From positions 1-64,000 of the forward strand of contig JAUCBJ010004577.1 in NCBI GenBank assembly GCA_032718475.1: a stretch of 64,000 nt of DNA, written 5' to 3'. The notes under the pieces are model-generated. The model had not been told where the DNA came from, made no database searches, and was given only the letters and a program-made list of their open reading frames with translations. The DNA comes from Nemertoderma westbladi (lineage: Eukaryota > Animalia > Xenacoelomorpha). Positions within the stretch are counted from its first letter, which is position 1. Every line of letters starts with the position of its first letter. Below, in pieces: positions 35,201 to 47,200 of this stretch. The translations under genes were made by a program, and so were the position numbers.

Positions 35201-38200
35201 ATAAAGTAGGGCTAGAACTAAACAAGTAAATAAAGTAGGGTTAGAGGTAAACAAGGAAATAAAGTAGGGTTGGAAGTAAATAAGTAAATAAAGTAGGGTT
35301 AGAGGTAAACAAGTAAATAAAGTAGGGTTGGAAGTAAACAAGTAAATAAAGTAGGGTTAGAGGTAAACAAGTAAATAAAGTAGGGTTAGAACTAAACAAG
35401 TAAATAAAGTAGGGTTAGAGGTAAACAAGTAAATAAAGTAGGGTTAGAGGTAAACAAGTAAATAAAGTAGGGTTAGAACTAAACAAGTAAATAAAGTCGG
35501 GTTAGAGGTAAACAAGTAAATAAAGTAGGGTTAGAGGTAAACAAGTAAATAAAGTAGGGCTAGAAGTAAACAAGTAAATAAAGTAGGGTTAGAGGTAAAC
35601 AAGTAAATAAAGTAGGGTTAAAAGTAAACAAGTAAATAAAGTAGGGTTGGAAGTAAACAAGTAAATAAAGTAGCGTTAGAGGTAAACAAGTAAATAAAGT
35701 AGGGTTAAAAGTAAACAAGTTAATAAAGTAGGGTTAGAGGTAAACAAGTAAATAAAGTAGGGTTAGAGGTAAACAATTAAATAAAGTAGGGTTAAAAGTA
35801 AACAAGTAAATAAAGTAGGGTTAGAGGAAAACGAGTAAATAAAGTAGGGTTAGAGGTAAACAAGTAAATAAAGTAGGGCTAGAAGTAAACAAGTAAATAA
35901 AGTAGGGTTAGAGGTAAACAAGTAAATAAAGTAGGGTTAGAGGTAAACAAGTAAATAAAGTAGGGTTAGAGGTAAACAAGTAAATAAAGAGGGTTAGAAC
36001 TAAACAAGTAAATAAAGTAGGGTTATAGGTAAACAAGTAAATAAAGTAGGGTTAGAGGTAAACAAGTAAATAAAGTAGAGTTAGAACTAAACAAGTAAAT
36101 AAAGTAGGGTTAGAAGTAAACAAGTAAATAAAGTAGGGTTAAAAGTAAACAAGTAAATAAAGTAGGGTTAAAAGTAAACAAGTAAATAAAGTAGGGTTAG
36201 AAGTAAACAAGTAAATAAAGTAGGGTTAGAGGTAAACAAGTAAATAAAGTAGGGTTAGAGGTAAACGAGTAAATAAAGTAGGGTTAGAACTAAACAAGTA
36301 AATAAAGTAGGGTTAGAAGTAAACAAGTAAAAAAATAAAGACGGATTAGAACTAAACAAATAAATAAAGTAGGGCCAGAAGTAAACAAGTAAATAAAGTA
36401 GGGTTAAAAGTAAACAAGTAAATAAAGTAGGGTTAAAAGTAAACAAGTAAATAAAGTAGGGTTAAAAGTAAACAAGTAAATAAAGTAGGGTTAGAAGTAA
36501 ACAAGTAAATAAAGTAGGGTTAGAAGTAAACAAGTAAATAAAGTAGGGTTAAAAGTAAACAAGTAAATAAAGTAGGGTTAAAAGTAAACAAGTAAATAAA
36601 GTAGGGTTAGAAGTAAACAAGTAAATAAAGTAGGGTTAGAGGTAAACAAGTAAATAAAGTAGGGTTAGAGGTAAACGAGTAAATAAAGTAGGGTTAGAAC
36701 TAAACAAGTAAATAAAGTAGGGTTAGAGGTAAACAAGTAAATAAAGTAGGGTTAGAGGTAAACAAGTAAATAAAGAGGGTTAGAACTAAACAAGTAAATA
36801 AAGTAGGGTTATAGGTAAACAAGTAAATAAAGTAGGGTTAGAGGTAAACAAGTAAATAAAGTAGAGTTAGAACTAAACAAGTAAATAAAGTAGGGTTAGA
36901 AGTAAACAAGTAAATAAAGTAGGGTTAAAAGTAAACAAGTAAATAAAGTAGGGTTAAAAGTAAACAAGTAAATAAAGTAGGGTTAGAAGTAAACAAGTAA
37001 ATAAAGTAGGGTTAGAAGTAAACAAGTAAATAAAGTAGGGTTAAAAGTAAACAAGTAAATAAAGTAGGGTTAAAAGTAAATAAGTAAATAAAGTAGGGTT
37101 AGAAGTAAACAAGTAAATAAAGTAGGGTTAGAGGTAAACAAGTAAATAAAGTAGGGTTAGAGGTAAACGAGTAAATAAAGTAGGGTTAGAACTAAACAAG
37201 TAAATAAAGTAGGGTTAGAGGTAAACAAGTAAATAAAGTAGGGTTAGAGGTAAACGAGTAAATAAAGAGGGTTAGAACTAAACAAGTAAATAAAGTAGGG
37301 TTATAGGTAAACAAGTAAATAAAGTAGGGTTAGAGGTAAACAAGTAAATAAAGTAGAGTTAGAACTAAACAAGTAAATAAAGTAGGGTTAGAAGTAAACA
37401 AGTAAATAAAGTAGGGTTAAAAGTAAACAAGTAAATAAAGTAGGGTTAAAAGTAAACAAGTAAATAAAGTAGGGTTAGAAGTAAACAAGTAAATAAAGTA
37501 GGGTTAGAGGTAAACAAGTAAATAAAGTAGGGTTAGAGGTAAACGAGTAAATAAAGTAGGGTTAGAACTAAACAAGTAAATAAAGTAGGGTTAGAAGTAA
37601 ACAAGTAAATAAAGTAGGGTTAAAAGTAAACAAGTAAATAAAGTAGGGTTAGAAGTAAACAAGTAAAAAAATAGAGACGGGTTAGAACTAAACAAATAAA
37701 TAAAGTAGGGCTAGAACTAAACAAGTAAGTAAAGTAGGGTTAGAACTAAACAAGTAAATAAAGTAGGGCTAGAGGTAAACAAGTAAATAAAGTAGAGTTA
37801 GAACTAAACAAGTAAATAAAGTAGGGTTATAGGTAAACAAGTAAATAAAGTAGGGTTAGAGGTAAACAAGTAAATAAAGTAGAGTTAGAACTAAACAAGT
37901 AAATAAAGTAGGGTTAGAACTAAACAAATAAATAAAGTTGGGTTGGAAGTAAACAAGTAAGTAAAGTAGGGTTAGAACTAAACAAGTAAATAAAGTAGGG
38001 TTAGAACTAAACAAATAAATAAAGTAGGGCCAGAAGTAAACAAGTAAATAAAGTAGGGTTAGAAGTAAACAAGTAAATAAAGTAGGGTTAGAGGTAAACA
38101 AGTAAATAAAGTAGAGTTAGAACTAAACAAGTAAATAAAGTAGGGTTAGAAGTAAACAAGTAAATAAAGTAGGGTTAAAAGTAAACAAGTAAATAAAGTA

Positions 38201-41200
38201 GGGTTAGAAGTAAACAAGTAAATAAAGTAGGGTTAGAAGTAAACAAGTAAATAAAGTAGGGTTAGAAGTAAACAAGTAAATAAAATAGGGTTAGAAGTAA
38301 ACAAGTAAATATAGTAGGGTTAAAAGTAAACAAGTAAATAAAGTAGGGTTAAAAGTAAACAAGTAAATAAAGTAGGGTTAGAAGTAAACAAGTAAATAAA
38401 GTAGGGTTAAAAGTAAACAAGTAAATAAAGTAGGGTTGGAAGTAAACAAGTAAATAAAGTAGGGTTAGAAGTAAACAAGTAAATAAAGTAGGGTTAGAAG
38501 TAAACAAGTAAATAAAGTAGGGTTAGAACTAAACAAGTAAATAAAATAGGGTTAGAAGTAAACAAGTAAATATAGTAGGGTTAAAAGTAAACAAGTAAAT
38601 AAAGTAGGGTTAGAAGTAAACAAGTAAATAAAGTAGGGTTAAAAGTAAACAAGTAAATAAAGTAGGGTTAAAAGTAAACAAGTAAATAAAGTAGGGTTGG
38701 AAGTAAACAAGTAAATAAAGTAGGGTTAGAAGTAAACAAGTAAATAAAGTAGGGTTAGAAGTAAACAAGTAAATAAAGTAGGGTTAGAGGTAAACAAGTA
38801 AATAAAGTAGAGTTAGAACTAAACAAGTAAATAAAGTAGGGTTAGAAGTAAACAAGTAAATAAAGTAGGGTTAAAAGTAAACAAGTAAATAAAGTAGGGT
38901 TAGAAGTAAACAAGTAAATAAAGTAGGGTTAGAAGTAAACAAGTAAATAAAGTAGGGTTAGAACTAAACAAGTAAATAAAATAGGGTTAGAAGTAAACAA
39001 GTAAATATAGTAGGGTTAAAAGTAAACAAGTAAATAAAGTAGGGTTAAAAGTAAACAAGTAAATAAAGTAGGGTTAGAAGTAAACAAGTAAATAAAGTAG
39101 GGTTAAAAGTAAACAAGTAAATAAAGTAGGGTTAAAAGTAAACAAGTAAATAAAGTAGGGTTAGAGGTAAACAAGTAAATAAAGTAGGGTTGGAAGTAAA
39201 CAAGTAAATAAAGTAGGGTTAGAGGTAAACAAGTAAATAAAGTAGGGTTGGAAGTAAACAAGTAAATAAAGTAGGGTTAGAACTAAACAAGTAAATAAAA
39301 TAGGGTTAGAAGTAAACAAGTAAATATAGTAGGGTTAAAAGTAAACAAGTAAATAAAGTAGGGTTAAAAGTAAACAAGTAAATAAAGTAGGGTTAGAAGT
39401 AAACAAGTAAATATAGTAGGGTTAAAAGTAAACAAGTAAATAAAGTAGGGTTAAAAGTAAACAAGTAAATAAAGTAGGGTTAGAAGTAAACAAGTAAATA
39501 AAGTAGGGTTAAAAGTAAACAAGTAAATAAAGTAGGGTTAAAAGTAAACAAGTAAATAAAGTAGGGTTAGAGGTAAACAAGTAAATAAAGTAGGGTTGGA
39601 AGTAAACAAGTAAATAAAGTAGGGTTAGAAGTAAACAAGTAAATAAAGTAGGGTTAGAGGTAAACGAGTAAATAAAGTAGGGTTAGAAGTAAACAAGTAA
39701 AAAAATAGAGACGGGTTAGAACTAAACAAATAAATAAAGTAGGGCTAGAGGTAAACAAGTAAATAAAGTAGGGTTAGAACTAAACAAATAAATAAAGTAG
39801 GGTTGGAAGTAAACAAGTAAGTAAAGTAGGGTTAGAACTAAACAAGTAAATAAAGTAGGGTTAGAACTAAACAAATAAATAAAGTAGGGCCAGAAGTAAA
39901 CAAGTAAATAAAGTAGGGTTAGAAGTAAACAAGTAAATAAAGTAGGGTTAGAGGTAAACAAGTAAATAAAGTAGAGTTAGAACTAAACAAGTAAATAAAG
40001 TAGGGTTAGAAGTAAACAAGTAAATAAAGTAGGGTTAAAAGTAAACAAGTAAATAAAGTAGGGTTAGAAGTAAACAAGTAAATAAAGTAGGGTTAGAAGT
40101 AAACAAGTAAATAAAGTAGGGTTAGAACTAAACAAGTAAATAAAGTAGGGTTAGAAGTAAACAAGTAAATAAAGTAGGGTTAAAAGTAAACAAGTAAATA
40201 AAGTAGGGTTAAAAGTAAACAAGTAAATAAAGTAGGGTTAAAAGTAAACAAGTAAATAAAGTAGGGTTAGAAGTAAACAAGTAAAAAAATAGAGACGGGT
40301 TAGAACTAAACAAATAAATAAAGTAGGGCTAGAACTAAACAAGTAAGTAAAGTAGGGTTAGAACTAAACAAGTAAATAAAGTAGGGTTAAAAGTAAACAA
40401 GTAAATAAAGTAGGGTTAAAAGTAAACAAGTAAATAAAGTAGGGTTAAAAGTAAACAAGTAAATAAAGTAGGGTTAGAAGTAAACAAGTAAAAAAATAGA
40501 GACGGGTTAGAACTAAACAAATAAATAAAGTAGGGCTAGAACTAAACAAGTAAGTAAAGTAGGGTTAGAACTAAACAAATAAATAAAGTAGGGCCAGAAG
40601 TAAACAAGTAAATAAAGTAGGGTTAGAAGTAAACAAGTAAATAAAGTAGGGTTAGAAGTAAACAAGTAAATAAAGTAGGGTTAGAGGTAAACAAGTAAAT
40701 AAATTAGGGTTAAAAGTAAACAAGTAAATAAAGTAGGGTTAGAGGTAAACGAGTAGATAAAGTAGGGCTGGAGGTAAACAAGTAAATAAAGTAGGGCTAG
40801 AAGTAAACAAGTAAATAAAGTAGGGTTAGAACTAAACAAGTAAATAAAGTAGGGCTAGAAGTAAACAAGTAAATAAATTAGGGTTAGAAGTAAACAAGTA
40901 AATAAAGTAGGGTTAGAGGTAAACAAGTAAATAAAGTAGGGTTAGAGGTAAACGAGTAAATAAAGTAGAGTTAGAACTAAACAAGTAAATAAAGTAGGGT
41001 TAGAGGTAAACGAGTAAATAAAGTAGGGTTGGAAGTAAACAAGTAAATAAAGTAGGGTTAGAACTAAACAAGTAAATAAAGTAGGGTTAGAAGTAAACAA
41101 GTAAATAAAGTAGGGTTAAAAGTAAACAAGTAAATAAAGTAGGGTTAGAAGTAAACAAGTAAAAAAATAGAGAAGGGTTAGAGGAAAACGAGTAAATAAA

Positions 41201-44200
41201 GTAGGGTTAGAACTAAACAAATAAATAAAGTAGGGCCAGAAGTAAACAAGTAAATAAAGTAGAGTTAGAACAAAACAAGTAAATAAAGTAGGGTTAGAAG
41301 TAAACAAGTAAATAAAGTAGGGTTAGAACTAAACAAGTAAATAAAGTAGGGTTAGAGGTAAACAAGTAAATAAAGTAGGGTTAGAGGTAAACGAGTAAAT
41401 AAAGTAGAGTTAGAACTAAACAAGTAAATAAAGTAGGGTTAGAAGTAAACAAGTAAATAAAGTAGGGTTATAGGTAAACAAGTAAATAAAGTAGAGTTAG
41501 AACTAAACAAGTAAATAAAGTAGGGTTAGAAGTAAACAAGTAAATAAAGTAGGGTTAAAAGTAAACAAGTAAATAAAGTAGGGTTAGAAGTAAACAAGTA
41601 AAAAAATAGAGAACGGTTGGAACTAAACAAATAAATAAAGTAGGGTTGGAAGTAAACAAGTAAATAAAGTAGGGTTAGAGGTAAACAAGTAAATAAAGTA
41701 GTTAGAGGTAAACAAGTAAATAAAGTAGGGCCAGAAGTATACAAGTAAATAAAGTAGAGTTAGAACTAAACAAGTAAATAAAGTAGGGTTAGAGGAAAAC
41801 GAGTAAATAAAGTAGGGTTAGAGGAAAACAAGTAAATAAAGTAGGGCCAGAAGTAAACAAGTAAATAAAGTAGAGTTAGAACTAAACAAGTAAATAAAGT
41901 AGGGTTAGAAGTAAACAAGTAAATAAAGTAGGGTTAGAACTAAACAAGTAAATAAAGTAGGGTTAAAAGTAAACAAGTAAATAAAGTAGGGTTAGAGGTA
42001 AACAAGTAAATAAAGTAGGGCCAGAAGTAAACAAGTAAATAAAGTAGAGTTAGAACTAAACAAGTAAATAAAGTAGGGTTAGAAGTAAACAAGTAAATAA
42101 AGTAGGGCCAGAAGTAAACAAGTAAATAAAGTAGAGTTAGAACTAAACAAGTAAATAAAGTAGGGTTAGAAGTAAACAAGTAAATAAAGTAGGGTTAAAA
42201 GTAAACAAGTAAATAAAGTAGGGTTAGAAGTAAACAAGTAAATAAAGTAGGGTTAGAGGTAAACAAGTAAATAAAGTAGGGTTAGAGGTAAACAAGTAAA
42301 TAAAGTAGGGTTAGTGGTAAACAAGTAAATAAAGAGGGTTAGAGGTAAACAAGTAAATAAAGAGGGTTAGAGGTAAACAAGTAAATAAAGTAGGGTTAGA
42401 GGTAAACAAGTAAATAAAGTAGGGTTAGAGGAAAACGAGTAAATAAAGTAGGGCTAGAAGTAAACAAGTAAATAAAGTAGGGTTAGAGGTAAACAAGTAA
42501 ATAAAGTAGGGTTAGTGGTAAACAAGTAAATAAAGAGGGTTAGAGGTAAACAAGTAAATAAAGTAGGGTTAGAGGTAAACAAGTAAATAAAGTAGGGTTA
42601 GTGGTAAACAAGTAAATAAAGAGGGTTAGAGGTAAACAAGTAAATAAAGTAGGGTTAGTGGTAAACAAGTAAATAAAGAGGGTTAGAGGTAAACAAGTAA
42701 ATAAAGTAGGGTTAGAGGTAAACAAGTAAATAAAGAGGGTTAGAGGTAAACAAGTAAATAAAGAGGGTTAGAGGTAAACAAGTAAATAAAGTAGGGTTAG
42801 AGGTAAACAAGTAAATAAAGTAGGGTTAGAGTAAAACGAGTAAATAAAGTAGGGCTAGAAGTAAACAAGTAAATAAAGTAGGGTTAGAGGTAAACAAGTA
42901 AATAAAGTAGGGTTAGAGGTAAACAAGTAAATAAAGTAGGGTTAGAGGAAAACGAGTACATAAAGTAGGGTTAGAGGTAAACAAGTAAATAAAGTAGGGC
43001 TAGAAGTAAACAAGTAAATAAAGTAGGGCTAGAAGTAAACAAGTAAATAAAGTAGGGTTAGAGGTAAACAAGTAAATAAAGTAGGGTTAGTGGTAAACAA
43101 GTAAATAAAGAGGGTTAGAGGTAAACAAGTAAATAAAGTAGGGTTAGAGGTAAACAAGTAAATAAAGAGGGTTAGAGGTAAACAAGTAAATAAAGTAGGG
43201 TTAGAGGAAAACGAGTAAATAAAGTAGGGTTAGAGGTAAACAAGTAAATAAAGTAGGGCTAGAAGTAAACAAGTAAATAAAGTAGGGCTAGAAGTAAACA
43301 AGTAAATAAAGTAGGGTTAGAGGTAAACAAGTAAATAAAGTAGGGTTAGAGGTAAACAAGTAAATAAAGTAGGGTTAGAGGAAAACGAGTACATAAAGTA
43401 GGGTTAGAACTAAACAAATAAATAAAGTAGGGCCAGAAGTAAACAAGTAAATAAAGTAGGGTTAGAGGTAAACAAGTAAATAAAGTAGGGTTAGAGGAAA
43501 ACAAGTAAATAAAGTAGGGTTAAAAGTAAACAAGGAAATAAAGTAGGGCAAGAGGTAAACAAGTAGATAAAGTAGGGCAAGAGGTAAACAAGTAAATAAA
43601 GTAGGGTTAGAGGTAAACAAGTAAATAAAGTAGGGTTAGAGGTAAACAAGTAAGGTTCGACTTAGAAGTAAACTAATGAAATAAAAACTCTCTATACAAT
43701 AACTCACCGATTCCACCTTTCCCCTTCTTCTTTTTTTCCTTTGATTTACCGCCGCTACTCGGCGTTGCTTTCTTTCCCTGTGTTGGCGTTGCTGTTGTAT
43801 CCACCTTTTTTCCCGGCGTTTTTCCCGTAACGACATCCTTAGCTGGTTTCGTGGTCGACGATTTTCCCGAAGATTTCTTCCCGGTCTCTCCCCACTGCAC
43901 TGACGGATTATCCACGACCATCTGTTTCGCGTTGCGTTGCTGTTTAAAGCCGATTTCGCCAACGGCATTCTGACCCTCGGGTCCCGTATTACTCACTAAA
44001 TCCCCGTTTCGGGCTTCGTATTTAGTCGCGCCTTCTACCGGGTTGTTCTTCTTATCCTTCAGCGTTGGCGTCGGCAATAAACAATTCGTTTTATTCAAAG
44101 AAATTAATGTTTTTCTCGTATCTGCTTTGCTTGTTGTGTTGGTAACAGTTCCGGGACTTTTATTTTCGACTATTTTGGGATTTTTCTTGGCTTTGTGTTG

Positions 44201-47200
44201 TTGGGGTTGAGGTGGGTTTATGGGTTTAGGATTTACAGGAACTGGGGTAGGAGTGTCAACGACAATCTCGCGACTGTCGCTCGCTGCTCGGGATGTTTTA
44301 TGTCGGTCCTTCTTGCCAGATTTGCCGACGGGTTGTGCGACCGATGGCTGATCTCGAGTTTTACTTCCGACCCTGGAAGATTCCGACTTAGTTGAATTTT
44401 CTAGTGACGGCGGTTTCGTTTTTCGATGTGTTTCTGGCGAAATTGCGGGAACATTTGAAGGAGCATCAATCTCGCAAGTACCATTGGTTAAGGTCTATAA
44501 AACGATATTAAACTGTTTGTTTATAATTTAGTAATTAATTATTATAATACTTGGTTTCGTCTTAGTACTGGCTTTTTCTGTTTATAGTTTGTTTATAAGG
44601 GGTTACGACACTATTATATAATTTCAGGTCATTGTTCATAAAATAACACTATATATCGCGTTACGACACGAGATGCATGATGTTGCGACATAGCAAAACT
44701 GCGCCGAATCTAATTATATTTATTTGTGTGGAATTATATTTGTAATTATACACTCATTTAAACTTTCTAGAACAAACAACCCTTTAACACAGCAGAAGCA
44801 ATAATTATCAATGTACCAGAGTTGGGTGGTGGATAATACGCTGGACTGAGGATGGAAGGGTCATTGGTTCGAATCGAATCACAGTGATTTAGTTATTTTG
44901 ATTTAATGTGAGTTCAAATGCACCATGTCCTGTAACATTGTGTCATTATTCAGCGAGATTAACTCCACATAAAAATAAATAAATAATAACATAAGAATCA
45001 CTAACCTTAACAGAGTCTTTTTTCAATTTTGATTTCTCTTTTTTCTTTTCCTTTTTCGCGATTTTTTTCCGCTCTTTTGTTCCGTCGCCTTCGTTTATCC
45101 AACTAAGTAGTTCATCAACATTCCTGGCATCGTTATTATCCAAACCTGAAAACCGTCGGGTTTAATGAATTATGTGTTGGTGTCAAATGTGTTACGACAA
45201 AAGATACACCCAAACTGGGATAGATCAGATACGAGGTTTTATTTTACGACACGAGAACAAATAGTTCGAAATCAGCATATTTTCGGTCGGCATATATCTA
45301 CACAAACAGATTATCATTCAGAATATTTCACCCACCTTTAACTGTTGTAGTTGCCCCGTCTTTGGGCGCAGACCACGTGTTAATTTGCGACAATGGCGGT
45401 GTGCTAGTACCTGTAATATAGACGGTAGATTAGATAGTTAGATTGATTAGATAGTTAGATTGATTAGATAGTTAGACTGATTAGATAGTTAGATTGATTA
45501 GATAGTTAGATTGATTAGATAGTTAGATTGATTAGATAGTTAGATTGATTATATAGTTAGATTGATTAGATAGTTAGATTGATTAGATAGTTAGATTGAG
45601 TATATAGTTAGTTTGATTAGATAGTTAGATTGATTAGATAGTTAGATTGATTAGATAGTTAGATTGATTATATAGTTAGATTGATTAGATAGTTAGATTG
45701 ATTAGATAGTTAGATTGAGTATATAGTTAGTTTGATTAGATAGTTAGACTGATTAGATAGTTAGATTGATTAGATAGTTAGATTGATTAGATAGTTAGAT
45801 TGATTAGATAGTTAGATTGATTAGATAGTTAGATTGAGTATATAGTTAGTTTGATTAGATAGTTAGATTGATTAGATAGTTAGATTGATTAGATAGTTAG
45901 ATTGATTAGATAGTTAGATTGATTAGATAGTTAGATTGATTAGATAGTTAGATTGATTAGATAGTTAGATTGATTAGATAGTTAGATTGATTAGATAGTT
46001 AGATTGAGTATATAGTTAGTTTATTGAAATAATATATAATATATAATTTCTTGTAAATTTGGTTTCAACATTATTATAATAATTCTGACAATTTTCGCCC
46101 ATTGTGACTGGCTGTATGGTATGGGTAGTGGGTGACCACCTAATTTTTGCGGTTTAGTCAAAATTGGGAAAGTGATTGTTTAACAATCAAAACTATTGGT
46201 TTTTGTTAAAGAAGTTTTTAATTTAATAATCTAATGAAATGTTTAGCAATTAACATTTGAGAAGGAGGAATGTTTATAATGCTGCTTAAATGGTATTAAA
46301 ATGGTAAATAAAATAAAAAGAAAGACTAAAAATCATCTAACTAACCTGCGCAATGGCTGATATTGGAATGAGCGTTGTTACTAAGGATACAAGGTGTGCC
46401 AGTACCCCCACCTCCACCAACAACCTCTATACAACCCGCGGAACCACCGTTACCAACCGCAACCGCATCCGGTTGCTTCTTCTGTTTCAACTTCTTCCGT
46501 AGTCGCTCCTTAATCTCGGCGCAGTTCCGCCCCGCGGGGGACTGACTGTTCTGCGAGTGCGCGAAGATCTCGCAGTAGTAGCAGCTGCAGGGCTTCCCGT
46601 TGTCTCGTCGCCACGAGTCGTTGGTAGACTCGCTGTTCGTCTCGCTACTCTCCTCCTCGGAAACCTCGACGGATCCGTCGTCGCTCGATTCGGTCGGAGC
46701 CGGAACGCCGCCCGCCGCTACCCGACATAAACCCCGCGATTTCAGCAGCTCATCCGCGTTGGGGTGACTCAGAAGTTCAGCCACTATCTGTTGGGTTTTA
46801 TTCATCAACTGATCTTCTGCAAAAGCAATAATATTATTAATTTATAAATTGTTAATATTGAATGGGAGAATCTTTTAGGCTCGTTAAGCCAAGGAATGCC
46901 TGTTCACCACCATGGGTGATCTTCCACAGTAAACCCTTCCACTCTGTTTCCCAAGTTGCCTTGGCTCCCATTTATCGACCACTGAAGGATGAAAGCCGGG
47001 GTTGGGCTAGGCTGCAGCATTTAAAGCACTGTGCCCAAACAGTGCTGCCCCATCTAGGGATCGAACCAGGGCTCCCTAATCGGAAGCCCAGTAATGTCAC
47101 CACTAGACCAAGCTGCTGCAAATTGTTTATATTACTATAACAATAATCTTATTTTTAAAATTACATTAAAACCACATAAATAATGAAAAAAGATAATTCG

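Noticed and set aside
23790-42725. Many hydrophobic ORFs MFTSNPTLFTCL...
   Set aside because: Chance open frames of the 29-bp satellite that start at TTG.
23753-43652. Interstitial telomere
   Set aside because: There are no consecutive TTAGGG hexamers, only a 9-nt match per 29-bp unit.
47040-47116. tRNA gene (also A/B-box-like bits at about 13880-13946, 11730, 11955 and 44820-44880)
   Set aside because: A and B boxes are present but no complete cloverleaf could be built. At 47040 and 13880 the boxes continue into repeated bodies, consistent with SINE heads.
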